Shown here piece by piece: positions 36,717-47,103 of a stretch of DNA of 64,000 nt. Below the pieces are notes generated by a model that ran no database searches, was not told the DNA's origin, and saw only the letters and a program-made list of their open reading frames with translations. Source of the DNA: Gemmatimonadota bacterium (GTDB taxonomy: Bacteria; Gemmatimonadota; Gemmatimonadetes; Gemmatimonadales; GWC2-71-9); assembly GCA_036679605.1 (NCBI GenBank), contig JAZDCZ010000123.1, forward strand, positions 34,571 to 98,570. Reading direction: 5' to 3'. The translations under genes and the position numbers were made by a program. Numbering within the stretch: position 1 is the stretch's first letter; every line of letters begins with the position of its first letter.

Positions 36717-39041
36717 ATGCCCGGATTGGCGACGGATGAGATATTACAGATTCTGAGAGAGGGACTGTCGAACCGCTACACCCTCAAACACCTGATCGGC
36801 CAGGGTGGCATGGCTACGGTGTTCCTCGCAGAGGAACTCCATCCCGCCAGAAAGGTCGCGATCAAGGTTCTGGACCCATCTGTCTCCGACAAAGTGGGCC
36901 GGGAGCGATTCCTCCGGGAAGTGGATATAGCCTCTGCCCTCACGCACCCACATGTGGTTCCGATATTCGCCACCGGTGACGTAGATGGACTGCTGTACTA
37001 CGTGATGCCCTTTATTTCGGGTCCATCTCTCCGCCTGCGGATGACCAGGGGTCAGTCGATCGAGCTGCCAGAGGCAGTCGGCATTGCGCTCGACGTAGCC
37101 GATGCTCTGGCACACGCCCACAGCAGTGAGATCATTCATCGAGACATCAAGCCAGAGAACATCCTGCTTTCGGACGGCCACGCTCTCGTAACGGACTTCG
37201 GCATCGCGCGCGCGCTGTGCGAGGCTTGCGACGAAAACCTCACCATTGCCGGACATCCGATTGGAACTCCAGGATACATGAGTCCCGAGCAGGCGTCCGG
37301 GGCTCGAAAGGTCGACGGGAGAAGCGATCTGTTTAGCCTCGGCTGTGTGCTGTTCGAAATGATCTTCGGCGAGAGACCCATCTCTGAACCAAACGGATCG
37401 GAACTCTCGCTTCCTCCCAATGCCGAGCCGGTGCCCGAAGAGCTTCACCTAGTCATGAGGAAAGCTGTCGCATGGGATCCGGACAGCAGGTATCCCACAA
37501 TACGAGAGTTTGCGGAGGCTCTGGCAAACGTTCAGTTTTCACTTGCTCCGCATTCACTACATCGACTCACGCCGCGAACACACGCCGGCGCTCCGAGCGC
37601 CGCAGAGCAAAAGGTCACCCTCGACGAAAAGTCGATAGCGGTGCTTCCCTTCACCAACATGAGTTTGGATCCGCAGAACGAGTATTTCAGTGACGGGATA
37701 ACGGATGATATCATCGCACAGCTGTCGAAGATCGGAGACTTGAGACTCACCTCGCGCACATCGGTTATGCAGTACAAGCACACGGACAAGAGCATCAGAG
37801 AGATTGGATACGAACTGGGGGTAACCGCGATACTGGAGGGTAGCGTTCGCAGAGCTGATAACCGCGTGCGTGTAGTGGCTCAACTCATTGACGTTCTGAC
37901 CGACGTGCCCCTCTGGGTAGAGACCTACGATCGAGACTTGACAGATATCTTCGAAATTCAGAGTGATGTGGCAAAACATATTGCTCAGGCCCTCGAGGCA
38001 AAGTTCACACCGACCGAGCAGGCACGAGTAAACAGGAAGCCAACCGATAGTACAGAGGCCTATAACCTGTATCTCAAAGCCATGTATTACTGGAACAAGT
38101 TCACGCCAAGCTCCAGCCAAAAAGCCTTGCAATGCTTCGAGGAGTCAATAGACCTAGATCCGGATTTCGCATGGGCCCATGCCGGCCTAGCAAACGCATA
38201 TTTCATAGCCGGTACCGGGCAAGGTTCCGTACCACCAGCCGAGGCCTTTCAATTCGCCAAGGAGGCAGCCGAGCGCGCCCTCGAAATCGACGCTTCACTC
38301 TGCGATGCACACGCGACCCTGGGCAGCGTGTACACGTGGAGGGACTGGGATTGGGATGCCGGTGCAGCCGAATTCATGTGTGCTCGTGCGAACGCCACCA
38401 GAATCCAAGAACCGAATATCAAGTACAGCTATTACCTCGCTTCGCGTGGCAAACACGACGAAGCCATTCTGCGCTCGAGCAGAGCGCTCGAATTGGAACC
38501 CGTGTCACTCAATGTAAACACCAATCTCGCCTGGCAACTCTACTGGGCGCGTCGGTTCGACGACGCAATCGATCAAATCAACAAGACGTTTGAACTCGAC
38601 TGTAACTTTGCACCTGCGCATGTCTGTCTCGGATGGAACTATCTATTGATAGATCGAACTGGGGACGCCATCAAGGAGTTCGAGATCGCAAGCGGCATCG
38701 CCGGACGGATTCCGGGCAGGATCGCCACGTTGGCTTGCGCCTATGGCGCCGCGGGCCGGACCGATGACGTTAGGACCATCCTCGACGAACTGCATAGAGA
38801 CCGACGCTCAAACGATCTCTATGTTTCTCCCCGTGACATTGCCCTGGTTTACTCCTGGAACGGTCAGAGCGAGGCCGCATTGGCATGGCTCGACCGGGCG
38901 TGCAGTGAACGAGCCGCTTGGATGTCGTTCATCAAGGTCGATCCGGCATGGGATCGACTACGCGGGGAGCCTGGTTTCCAGAAACAGGCAAAGTGCCTGG
39001 ACCTAGACCCGCAGGAAGTGCAGTTGTTGGGTCACTCGTAA
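36717..39041 (+). CDS. Hanks-type Ser/Thr kinase with TolB-N-like and TPR domains
   Basis: GQGGMATV, VAIKVL, HRDIKPEN, DFG, SIAVLPF..EYFSDG, TPR helices. Confidence 0.93.
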   Translation: MPGLATDEILQILREGLSNRYTLKHLIGQGGMATVFLAEELHPARKVAIKVLDPSVSDKVGRERFLREVDIASALTHPHVVPIFATGDVDGLLYYVMPFISGPSLRLRMTRGQSIELPEAVGIALDVADALAHAHSSEIIHRDIKPENILLSDGHALVTDFGIARALCEACDENLTIAGHPIGTPGYMSPEQASGARKVDGRSDLFSLGCVLFEMIFGERPISEPNGSELSLPPNAEPVPEELHLVMRKAVAWDPDSRYPTIREFAEALANVQFSLAPHSLHRLTPRTHAGAPSAAEQKVTLDEKSIAVLPFTNMSLDPQNEYFSDGITDDIIAQLSKIGDLRLTSRTSVMQYKHTDKSIREIGYELGVTAILEGSVRRADNRVRVVAQLIDVLTDVPLWVETYDRDLTDIFEIQSDVAKHIAQALEAKFTPTEQARVNRKPTDSTEAYNLYLKAMYYWNKFTPSSSQKALQCFEESIDLDPDFAWAHAGLANAYFIAGTGQGSVPPAEAFQFAKEAAERALEIDASLCDAHATLGSVYTWRDWDWDAGAAEFMCARANATRIQEPNIKYSYYLASRGKHDEAILRSSRALELEPVSLNVNTNLAWQLYWARRFDDAIDQINKTFELDCNFAPAHVCLGWNYLLIDRTGDAIKEFEIASGIAGRIPGRIATLACAYGAAGRTDDVRTILDELHRDRRSNDLYVSPRDIALVYSWNGQSEAALAWLDRACSERAAWMSFIKVDPAWDRLRGEPGFQKQAKCLDLDPQEVQLLGHS

Positions 39042-40282
39042 GAAAGATCGGGCTCGAAGATCCGATTGAGGATAAGGGTTACCAATACTCTAATCTTGTT
39101 CTTGGTACCGACCAGCTTGAGGATATATGCCGTGCGGTAAATCCACCAGGCTAGAATGCCCCTCACCTGAACGCCCAAGACATCGACCAGAGCAACACCA
39201 CCGCCCAATGACACGATCTTGCCGGCATGGTGGGCATGGTATGGCTCCAATGCCCGCCCGAAGACATCGTTCTCTATGTTCGCGGCAGCTCTCACCCCTT
39301 GGCTGATCGCGATGGGTGCGACCCTGGGGTATGGAAGGCCACTACGTTCATCCAGCAGCGATGCAACATCGCCGATCGCAAACACGTTCTCTCGACCTTC
39401 TACCCTCAGAAACTGGTCGATCTTGACCGACCTGCGTTCGATCGCGAGTTGTTGTTTCGACAACCACTGGGCCGGAACCATTCCGGCGGTCCACACTAGC
39501 GTCCGCGCCTGGATCTCTTCGTAGCCTCCCGGGCCCTGCGAGGTAATCACACCTTCAGCAATGTCCGTGATGCGCGTATTGAGCCTTACATCGACCCCCC
39601 TTTGTCGCAAGCGACTGAGCCCTTCGCGGGCAAGGTCCTTGTCAAATGCAGCCAATATCCTGTCATCGGCTCCGGCCAAAATCACCTTTGCCGCATCTCG
39701 GATGCCGTAGTAAGGACCCAAGACTTCACCGGCTAGATTGTGGATTGCACTCGCGACTTCCACTCCGGCAGGACCGGCGCCGGCTACCACGAAAGTCAAC
39801 AGCCTGCGGCGTTCAGCCTCGTCCTCGGTGTATACCGCGCGCTCGAGCGAGCCCATCACCTTTCCGCGCACTGCCAATGCACAGTTTACGGACGTCAGAG
39901 GCAGGCTTCCGTTGCGGATAGCTTCGTTGCCGAAGAACTGCGGCTCGGCTCCGGTCGCCAGAATGAGATAGTCATACGAAACTTCGGTGTGCTCGGTCCG
40001 CACCAGCCCACGATCGAGATCCAACTCCCGGGCGGAGTCTTGGATGAATCGCACTCCGTAACGCCGCGCCAGCACTCTGAATGGGTACGTGACGTGCTCT
40101 CTGCCCAGAGTCCCTGCTGCCACCTCAGCCAAGAGAGGGGTGAACGTGAAGTAGTTCCGCCGATCGATCAGTGTGATCTCCAGCCCGCGTTCGGCTAGCT
40201 CAGACTTGGAAAGGTAGGCCGCCGCATATATCCCTCCGAACCCGCCACCCACTATCACGATTCTAGTTGTGCGAGATTTCAC
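39032..40282 (-). CDS. Type II NADH dehydrogenase-like FAD oxidoreductase
   Basis: IVGGGFGG, FTPLL.EVA.G, YDYLILATG, VAGAGPAGVE, WTAG, FAIGD. GTGA overlap start. Confidence 0.85.
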   Translation of the reverse strand: MKSRTTRIVIVGGGFGGIYAAAYLSKSELAERGLEITLIDRRNYFTFTPLLAEVAAGTLGREHVTYPFRVLARRYGVRFIQDSARELDLDRGLVRTEHTEVSYDYLILATGAEPQFFGNEAIRNGSLPLTSVNCALAVRGKVMGSLERAVYTEDEAERRRLLTFVVAGAGPAGVEVASAIHNLAGEVLGPYYGIRDAAKVILAGADDRILAAFDKDLAREGLSRLRQRGVDVRLNTRITDIAEGVITSQGPGGYEEIQARTLVWTAGMVPAQWLSKQQLAIERRSVKIDQFLRVEGRENVFAIGDVASLLDERSGLPYPRVAPIAISQGVRAAANIENDVFGRALEPYHAHHAGKIVSLGGGVALVDVLGVQVRGILAWWIYRTAYILKLVGTKNKIRVLVTLILNRIFEPDLSYE

Positions 40283-40752
40283 AAGCCGAACGGCACCGCA
40301 AATCTGGGCAAGCGATCCTGGTAGAATACGATCATGGTGCCGATCACCGTGATGGCCACAACCAGCGCGATTCCCACCAATTGAGTGGCCAGACACCAGG
40401 CCATAGTGGCTCGATCCTCTTGCAGGTAGCTCTTCTTTTTGGATGCCTTATAAAGGAATAGGCCGTATACGCCGAGCATTACGAAGGCCAATACAGTCTT
40501 CGTGAAAAGCCACCCGCCAATGGGGCCGCTGAACCGAGCCACCGTTCCGAAAAATGCGTCCCTCAGGCCGGCGACCATCGAAAGCGCCACAGTGACTACG
40601 CCCGCCCATGTGTTCGCGCGTGAGAACCGGTAGATGCGGTCCTCGAATACGCTCGTCGCGAGCCCGCGGAATAGCCAGGCGTACATCGAGACGAAGGCCA
40701 TGAGTAGAAAGGCAATGTGGAGGTGCACGAAGAGTGGATGTAATACTCGCAT
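40279..40752 (-). CDS. DUF2231-like four-TM membrane protein
   Basis: LHPLFVHLHIAF at the N-terminus; four hydrophobic helices. Confidence 0.55.
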   Translation of the reverse strand: MRVLHPLFVHLHIAFLLMAFVSMYAWLFRGLATSVFEDRIYRFSRANTWAGVVTVALSMVAGLRDAFFGTVARFSGPIGGWLFTKTVLAFVMLGVYGLFLYKASKKKSYLQEDRATMAWCLATQLVGIALVVAITVIGTMIVFYQDRLPRFAVPFGL

Positions 40753-40819
40753 GGTAATGGAACCTTTCCCAATGCTCTCCGGTTCCTCAAGAGCACAAAT
40801 GACAAGGATTGCTACTGAA

Positions 40820-41272
40820 ATGGTGAAGAGGCATGACGGGCGGCGGACCTACATCTGGCTCCTGGCAGCGGCAATGGCAACACCGCCGGCTTGCGAGTCG
40901 GGTGCCCGGAATGACTCGTCCGACGCTTCACAGAATCCCACCCGTAGTCCCGGCATATCCGGCGGTGGCATCACCACGATCCATATGACAGACGACATGA
41001 AGTTCATACCGGAGAATCCAACGATCTCCGTTGGGGACACCATCGTTTGGGTGAACGATGGCGCACTACCTCACACCGCGACCGACAAACCCGGTACTGC
41101 CGCGATCTCCGAGAACAATGTGATACCGCAAGGTGCCGAACCGTGGGACTCGGGTCTCTTGGACAAGGGTGATCGGTTCACCCTGGTGTTGACCGTCCCC
41201 GGTGACTACACCTACCTCTGCATTTTCCACGAAGCCACTGGAATGATTGGGAAGATTACGGTAAAAGAGTAG
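40820..41272 (+). CDS. Plastocyanin/azurin-family blue copper protein
   Basis: MKFIP..ISVGDTIVWVN...PHT; GDYTYLCIFHEATGMIGKITV. Start uncertain (40799 or 40820). Confidence 0.85.
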   Translation: MVKRHDGRRTYIWLLAAAMATPPACESGARNDSSDASQNPTRSPGISGGGITTIHMTDDMKFIPENPTISVGDTIVWVNDGALPHTATDKPGTAAISENNVIPQGAEPWDSGLLDKGDRFTLVLTVPGDYTYLCIFHEATGMIGKITVKE

Positions 41273-41347
41273 CGCCGCCTAGCAAACCTGTGTGACGCAT
41301 GGTATAGTAGCCGATGTACCTCATGAGGCTGAGGTGATCGAAGCCTA

Positions 41348-41575
41348 CTGGAGACCGCTATCAACCGAGCCACTGGGAGCGCCAAGACAGTTGTCTGGAT
41401 CGCCACGATCTACTTCGTGGCGATGGCCGTAGCACTTACGTTCCCCGGAGTAACTCCTTTTAACACGATAGAACCATTCGTCCTCGGCGTCCCCTTCGTG
41501 TTCGCCTGGTATCTCTTCTGGATCCTCGGATCGTTGGTGGTCTTCTTCATTCTGCATAGAACATTCAGTAAGTGA
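41348..41575 (+). CDS. DUF3311-like small membrane partner of the SSS transporter
   Basis: TFPGVTPFNTIEPFVLGVPFVFAWYLFW; stop overlaps the SSS GTG start. Start codon uncertain. Confidence 0.7.
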   Translation: METAINRATGSAKTVVWIATIYFVAMAVALTFPGVTPFNTIEPFVLGVPFVFAWYLFWILGSLVVFFILHRTFSK

Positions 41576-43053
41576 CCGACTGGCGCGGCGTCGTCGCTGT
41601 AGTCGCGGTTTACCTCGTTGTGAACCTCGTGATCGGCCTTCGCGCAGGATCACGATCATCCGACAGCGTAGCCGGATACGTGGCGGGAGACCGGGGGTTC
41701 GGCACGCTCGTCATGTATTTCGTAACGGGTGCCTCGGTCTATTCGGCCTTCGCATTCCTGGGAGGCCCGGGTTGGACGTACAGCCGAGGTGCGGCAGCTT
41801 TTTACATCCTCGCGTACGGAGTGCTCGGTATGGCGCCGTACTTTGCGATCGGTGTGTGGGCCGCGCGACTGGGACGCAAGCACGGATACGTGACACAGGC
41901 GTCCATGCTGGCCCACAGGTTCCAGAACCGCTGGGTAGCCGTGACCGCGGGAGTGGTCAGCGTGATCGCCATGGTTCCTTATATCGCATTGCAAATGCGT
42001 GGCGCCGGCATTGTGCTGGAGCAGGTAACCGACGGACACATTCCACTTGCCGCCGGTGCCGCGATTGCCTACGCCGTGGTGCTCACATATGTGTGGCGCA
42101 GCGGGGTCATGGGTGTCGGCTGGACCAACGTATTTCAGGGCATCTTCATGATAACGATTGCGTGGGCGTTAGGGATCTATCTGCCATATAGGCTCTACGG
42201 TGGAATAGGGCCGATGTTCGCCCAACTGGCGACTGTTCGCCCTGAGCTGTTGACGGTCCCGGGGCTCGATGCGAACGGAGCACCGTGGACAGCCGGTGGC
42301 TTCACTTCCGCAATACTTGTCTCGTCCATCGGTTTCATGATGTGGCCCCATCTGTTCATGAAGGCCTTTGCCGCAAAAGACGACGCCACGATACGGCGAA
42401 CGATCCTGCTGTTTCCAACGTTTCAATTGTTCCTCTTCCCCCTGTTCGTTGTTGGCTTCGCCGGGGTCATGTATGGCAGCGCACCAGACAACGCAGATGC
42501 GATCATGCCACATCTGGTTCTGACATCAGGACTTCCCGCTCTGGTAGTGGGACTCTTCTGCGCCGGGGCGCTGGCCGCCTCCATGTCCACGGGCGACGCC
42601 TTGGTTCACGGAGCGGCATCGATCGCGGTGGAGGACATATACTCGCGAACCAGTACCAAGGAGTTGACGCAGCATGACAGGCGCGCCTTGATCCGCTGGC
42701 TCGCGATCGCTGTGGGAGTAGTTGGCTACATCATGGCACTGAGTAGTGGCCAGTCCCTGGTCGGGTTGCTTCTCGTGGCGTATGGAATCGTCGTGCAATT
42801 GGCACCACCGGTGTATGGCGGCTTCCTCTGGCGACGTAGCACGGCCACCGGAGCAATCGCCGGTCTGGTACTGGGCAGCTTGGTCACCGGCCTGTTGGTA
42901 GTCCAACCGGAGTGGAGACCGTTTGGTTTACACGAGGGCCTAGTGGGTTTGACCGCCAACATCATCGCATTTGTCGCAGTCTCTCTCATGTCACAGCCAC
43001 CGGACGAGAGTCACGTAAATCAGTGGTTCGCTACTAGTCGCAACTCGGCGTGA
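41572..43053 (+). CDS. Sodium:solute symporter family protein
   Basis: YVAGDRGFG, YSAFAFLGGPG, GWTNVFQG, AASMSTGD; many TM helices. Confidence 0.92.
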   Translation: MTDWRGVVAVVAVYLVVNLVIGLRAGSRSSDSVAGYVAGDRGFGTLVMYFVTGASVYSAFAFLGGPGWTYSRGAAAFYILAYGVLGMAPYFAIGVWAARLGRKHGYVTQASMLAHRFQNRWVAVTAGVVSVIAMVPYIALQMRGAGIVLEQVTDGHIPLAAGAAIAYAVVLTYVWRSGVMGVGWTNVFQGIFMITIAWALGIYLPYRLYGGIGPMFAQLATVRPELLTVPGLDANGAPWTAGGFTSAILVSSIGFMMWPHLFMKAFAAKDDATIRRTILLFPTFQLFLFPLFVVGFAGVMYGSAPDNADAIMPHLVLTSGLPALVVGLFCAGALAASMSTGDALVHGAASIAVEDIYSRTSTKELTQHDRRALIRWLAIAVGVVGYIMALSSGQSLVGLLLVAYGIVVQLAPPVYGGFLWRRSTATGAIAGLVLGSLVTGLLVVQPEWRPFGLHEGLVGLTANIIAFVAVSLMSQPPDESHVNQWFATSRNSA

Positions 43054-43103
43054 TCTGTGTCGTGGAGCCCCAGGCTTGCGCCTGCGGTTAGACCAGCACC
43101 ACT

Positions 43104-43973
43104 CTAGGGAGTTACATACACGCCCAATGTTAGGAACGTGGTCCGCTTGTCGAAGAACTCTCCTTCGGGCGACGGTCCGTTGAACACCTCCGCCGCCAGT
43201 CTGAGATCCCGTCCGGGGCCAAGTTCGTACATCCTAAGACCAACTTGAATGTTGAGCCGAGGATCCCAACCGCGGTCCTGATCCATTAGGACATCGACCG
43301 CGCCATATGGCGACAAACCACCAGATGACCGGCGTCGCTCCAATTCAAATCCTGACTGCACCGAGAACCGCTTGGTCTCGTCAGGGTCTACGTTGAATGC
43401 CCAACCACCACCGCCATAAACTGCAAATCCGGGTAAGAGTTGCACGTGCGCTAGGCCGCTCAGGATGTCACGTCCAAAATTCACCCGGGCGACATTGAAC
43501 CGCTCAGCGAACTCATCACCGAGATGGGCACTGGTGTGATGATAGCCAAACCGATACCAGTTATCTCCGCGGTGTAGAACAAACGGTACCGAGAAAACCC
43601 AGTCAGTCGATACTAGATCTCGCTCCGCCTTTTCCATCCTAAACCGCCCGAATACGGCCCCTTCGACTCCAACTACCAGGCTGTGCCGAACTGAATTTCC
43701 CAAGATGACATACACGGGAATTGAGGTGCCGATCGCCGCCTCGCCCTCCAGCCCGCTGCCAAAGGAAGTCGCACTCTGCGTAACGACGATCAGCTTCGCA
43801 AGAGCAACCGGTTCCCTTGGGTCAGCCAGCACCCTCGGCAGATATGATCGGCTAGGAAATAACCGTGGGTTGCGCTGAGCGGCGAGTGACACCGGCAGCG
43901 AGAGGCCCATTAGCATTGCGGCCGCGACAACAAAGCAAGCTCGCCAGTGGTAATTGAATGCCGCTGCCATCAT
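43104..43973 (-). CDS. DUF1207-like outer-membrane protein
   Basis: LADPREP, DLVSTDW, YHHTSAHLGDEF, FNGPSPEGEF. Confidence 0.7.
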   Translation of the reverse strand: MMAAAFNYHWRACFVVAAAMLMGLSLPVSLAAQRNPRLFPSRSYLPRVLADPREPVALAKLIVVTQSATSFGSGLEGEAAIGTSIPVYVILGNSVRHSLVVGVEGAVFGRFRMEKAERDLVSTDWVFSVPFVLHRGDNWYRFGYHHTSAHLGDEFAERFNVARVNFGRDILSGLAHVQLLPGFAVYGGGGWAFNVDPDETKRFSVQSGFELERRRSSGGLSPYGAVDVLMDQDRGWDPRLNIQVGLRMYELGPGRDLRLAAEVFNGPSPEGEFFDKRTTFLTLGVYVTP

Positions 43974-44056
43974 CGCGATTCCTTAATATAGGGAGTCTGG
44001 AATGGGGAGTTGGGAGTAAGGGAGTCAGGAAATGGGAATCTGTAACACCCGAACGC

Positions 44057-44701
44057 TCAAAGCAAGAAGATCCAATATATCAGGGCCGAGACGATTGCAA
44101 GTGCGATCCACAGAACGGGACTTCGTAGCATGCGTCCAAGCACACGCCTGCCGACCGTCACCCCTAAGGCAACGGCATCCAATTCTCCGGCACTATCGTT
44201 TTCTCCTTCACTCTTCCCTTTTCCCTTTTCCCTTTTCCCCGCTCCATCGGCAGCCAGCTGCTCCTTCATCGCCGCTGTGAACCGCTCGAGCATCTGATCG
44301 CTCACATCCCGAATCATGCCGCGTCCGAACTGCGCGAGAATCCCAGTAACGCTTACGTCGGATATCAGCGTTACTTCAGTCCTGCCCTGTGTTCCTTCCC
44401 TGACTCTACTCACCATGTTCATCGTAGCCCCACCCTTGCCACGGACATCTTGACCCGACGCCACGATCTCCGCCTCCCGGGAATCATGATCCAGCCGTTT
44501 GAATGTGACCTTGCCCTTATAGCTAGCCGATACGGGACCTATCTTCATCGTCATCGTACCGGCGTAGGTGTCGTCGTCCAGTTGCTCGGTGATGGCAGCA
44601 CCAGGGAGACACGACGCGACCTTACGCGGATCAATCAGAAACCGCCAGACCAAATCCGCACTTGCATGGACCGCAAAGCTTTGCTCTATATGGAATGCCA
44701 T
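44057..44701 (-). CDS. coxG: CoxG/SRPBCC family protein
   Basis: VW.FL.DP..VA.CLPGA, KIGPVSASYKG, GILAQFGRGMI. Confidence 0.85.
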   Translation of the reverse strand: MAFHIEQSFAVHASADLVWRFLIDPRKVASCLPGAAITEQLDDDTYAGTMTMKIGPVSASYKGKVTFKRLDHDSREAEIVASGQDVRGKGGATMNMVSRVREGTQGRTEVTLISDVSVTGILAQFGRGMIRDVSDQMLERFTAAMKEQLAADGAGKREKGKGKSEGENDSAGELDAVALGVTVGRRVLGRMLRSPVLWIALAIVSALIYWIFLL

Positions 44702-44733
44702 TAGTCTATGTCGCTAGGAAAATTTCACGCTTG

Positions 44734-45345
44734 CTACTCTGTGGCCAGGCGTGCGACGACGCTCTCATAGTCGCCTGGTAGATCCAAGTCGTCCAGAGCC
44801 TCGGCAGGCCAGTCGACTGTTTCAATCTTATCCCTGTGGCGGCGCACGATGTGTCTGCCGCAGCCCTGGACCTCTTCGCCGAAAAACTCTTGGAACACAG
44901 ATCGATCGTGCAAGGTAGGCGGCGCATTGACATCACCGTAACGAGATACCACTACCGGCGCCACGCTGCTCCTGTAACGCTCCACCAGCGTTTGCAGCAT
45001 CTCTGATGTCACGAGAGGCATGTCGGGCAAAATAACGATGGCGGCAGAAACGTCTTGTGGGACCTCCGCAATAGCAACTCGTACGGAGCTGTTGATCCCT
45101 TTTTCGTACTCCGAGTTTAACACTTCCTTGTAGATCAGCCCCGAGAGCGCCGCCCGCGCGCTGTCCGCTTCGAATCCAAGAACCACGATCACCGGATCGA
45201 GACGGGCCTCGCTCGCGCGTCTTACCGACCTTCTCAATACGGGTTCGCCCTCCAGCTCCAACAAGAGCTTGTTGAGACCCAGCCGACTCGACGTGCCTGC
45301 AGCCAACACGATCCCTGCTACCGGTCCCTTTCGCTCAGCGGACAT
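44734..45345 (-). CDS. mocA: MocA-like molybdenum cofactor cytidylyltransferase
   Basis: IVLAAGTSSRLG.NKLL, DMP, DLDLPGDY; next to xdhC and a Mo-hydroxylase. Confidence 0.8.
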   Translation of the reverse strand: MSAERKGPVAGIVLAAGTSSRLGLNKLLLELEGEPVLRRSVRRASEARLDPVIVVLGFEADSARAALSGLIYKEVLNSEYEKGINSSVRVAIAEVPQDVSAAIVILPDMPLVTSEMLQTLVERYRSSVAPVVVSRYGDVNAPPTLHDRSVFQEFFGEEVQGCGRHIVRRHRDKIETVDWPAEALDDLDLPGDYESVVARLATE

Positions 45346-46414
45346 TGATCGATCCTGACCGCTCCCGGAGATGACGCGGCGTCCGCTCAGCACGAACTGC
45401 AAGTAGCTCCGCAACGATACTGGCGGCCACTTGCTCGGGCCCGTCGGCACCGATGTCGATCCCAACGGGACCAAACACACGCTCGTCGTTCGACCCATCC
45501 ACGGATTCCAGAATGTCGTCGGTCCGCTGACGCGGGCCCAGCATCCCTATGTAGGAGACTTCGGTCGACAAGAGATACCTCACCCACTCGGTATCGTGCT
45601 TCAACGAATGTGTCATGACCACCGCGAATACTTCACCATCCACTGTGATCTCGGCGTCCTCGGGCTTCGAGCTGTTCAACGCGGCATTCGGAAACCTGTC
45701 GCTGTCCAGAAACGCAGGCCGATGATCCACTACTTCCACTCGGAACCCGACTGCTGATGCGGCGGCCGCAAGAGGTCTCGCGTCTTCACCGGCGCCAAAG
45801 ATCATGACTCGAGGAGGTGGAACGCAAACTTCCACGAAGACCCGTCTGTCTCCAATGTCCAAGATACTAGACCCTATCTCTATTCGCTCCCTGCAGAGTT
45901 GCTCGAGAGCCCTATCGAGGCTGGCGTTACCTGTGGAGCCGGATGTGGCACCCGAACCGGTCGCCACGATACCACGACCTAAAATGCTCGGGTCTCCGAC
46001 GATTACGGTCCCAACCGCAAACGGTACATCACCCTTGAGAAGCTCCCGCTCACACCGCAAGATGTCCTGACTCTCGCCCGAAGTGACCGGCTGTACGAAA
46101 ACATCCACTGCGCCGTTACACCCCAGGCCCAACCCCCAGATCATGTTTTCGTCTGTACCTGTGTCGTAATGCTTGAGACGAGGCACCCCATCACGTATGG
46201 CGACCAGGGCAATCTCGCGCACATCGGCTTCGAGACACCCACCGCTCACACCACCAGTGGTTACGCCAGATTCCTCGATCAACAGTTTGGCGCCGGCCCG
46301 CCTGTACGCGGAACCCGCGATATTTACGACTGTTGCGACAGCCGCGTGTCTCCCCTCCTCAGTCAGGGCCAACAGACGATTCAGGATCTCCGTTGTCTCT
46401 TGCCATTGCTTCAT
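45335..46414 (-). CDS. xdhC: XdhC/CoxI family Moco chaperone
   Basis: GSAYRRAGAK, GGVSGGCLE, GLGCNG, FGAG, YIGMLG, GPVGIDIGA.GPE. Confidence 0.9.
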   Translation of the reverse strand: MKQWQETTEILNRLLALTEEGRHAAVATVVNIAGSAYRRAGAKLLIEESGVTTGGVSGGCLEADVREIALVAIRDGVPRLKHYDTGTDENMIWGLGLGCNGAVDVFVQPVTSGESQDILRCERELLKGDVPFAVGTVIVGDPSILGRGIVATGSGATSGSTGNASLDRALEQLCRERIEIGSSILDIGDRRVFVEVCVPPPRVMIFGAGEDARPLAAAASAVGFRVEVVDHRPAFLDSDRFPNAALNSSKPEDAEITVDGEVFAVVMTHSLKHDTEWVRYLLSTEVSYIGMLGPRQRTDDILESVDGSNDERVFGPVGIDIGADGPEQVAASIVAELLAVRAERTPRHLRERSGSINVR

Positions 46415-46617
46415 TTACGTGGTCCCTTAGATCTGGCTGTAAATATGGTGCACGTAGGGTGCGGAGGGAATTGCACCGCTATTTCCGGCCTTGCAGACTT
46501 TCGTTTCCGGGCTTACTCTTTCCGGCCCTGACGCGGGGGGAGGGGGGGTCCCCCGCTGGTGTGGTTATTCCCAAAGAGCGCGGATAGTACGACGGAAGCT
46601 CGGAGGCCCGTACACAT

Positions 46618-47091
46618 ATGACACAGATCACGGTAACGGTAAACGGGACCCAGCACGACGTGGATGTCGAACCACGAACGCTGCTGGTCTACTTCCTTCG
46701 CGAAAAGCTCAACCTGACCGGAACGTCAGTTGGATGCGATACGTCTTCTTGTGGCGCCTGCACTGTCTTGGTAAACGGCGAATCGGTGAAAGCGTGTACG
46801 ATGCTGGCAGTACAGGCCGACGAATGCGATGTAACTACTATCGAGGGTCTGGCACAGGAAGGAGAGTTCCATCCAGTGCAACAGGCGTTCCACGAGAACC
46901 ACGGACTGCAATGCGGTTACTGCACACCCGGCATGATAATGGCCACCGTGAGCCTTCTATGGGAAAACCCCGATCCTACTGAGGCAGAGGTTCGGGAAGC
47001 GCTAGAAGGAAACCTCTGCCGCTGTACCGGCTACCACAATATCGTCAAGTCCGTACTGGCGGCGGCTAAAGCCGCGGCGCCGGTCGCTTAG
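46618..47091 (+). CDS. CoxS/CutS-like [2Fe-2S] subunit
   Basis: [28 protein letters not shown]. Confidence 0.93.
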   Translation: MTQITVTVNGTQHDVDVEPRTLLVYFLREKLNLTGTSVGCDTSSCGACTVLVNGESVKACTMLAVQADECDVTTIEGLAQEGEFHPVQQAFHENHGLQCGYCTPGMIMATVSLLWENPDPTEAEVREALEGNLCRCTGYHNIVKSVLAAAKAAAPVA

Positions 47092-47103
47092 GGGTTACGC
47101 TCA

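Noticed and set aside
46532..46556. G-rich hairpin between xdhC and coxS as a terminator or G-quadruplex
   Set aside because: Lies in a divergent promoter region with no U-tract; no further support.
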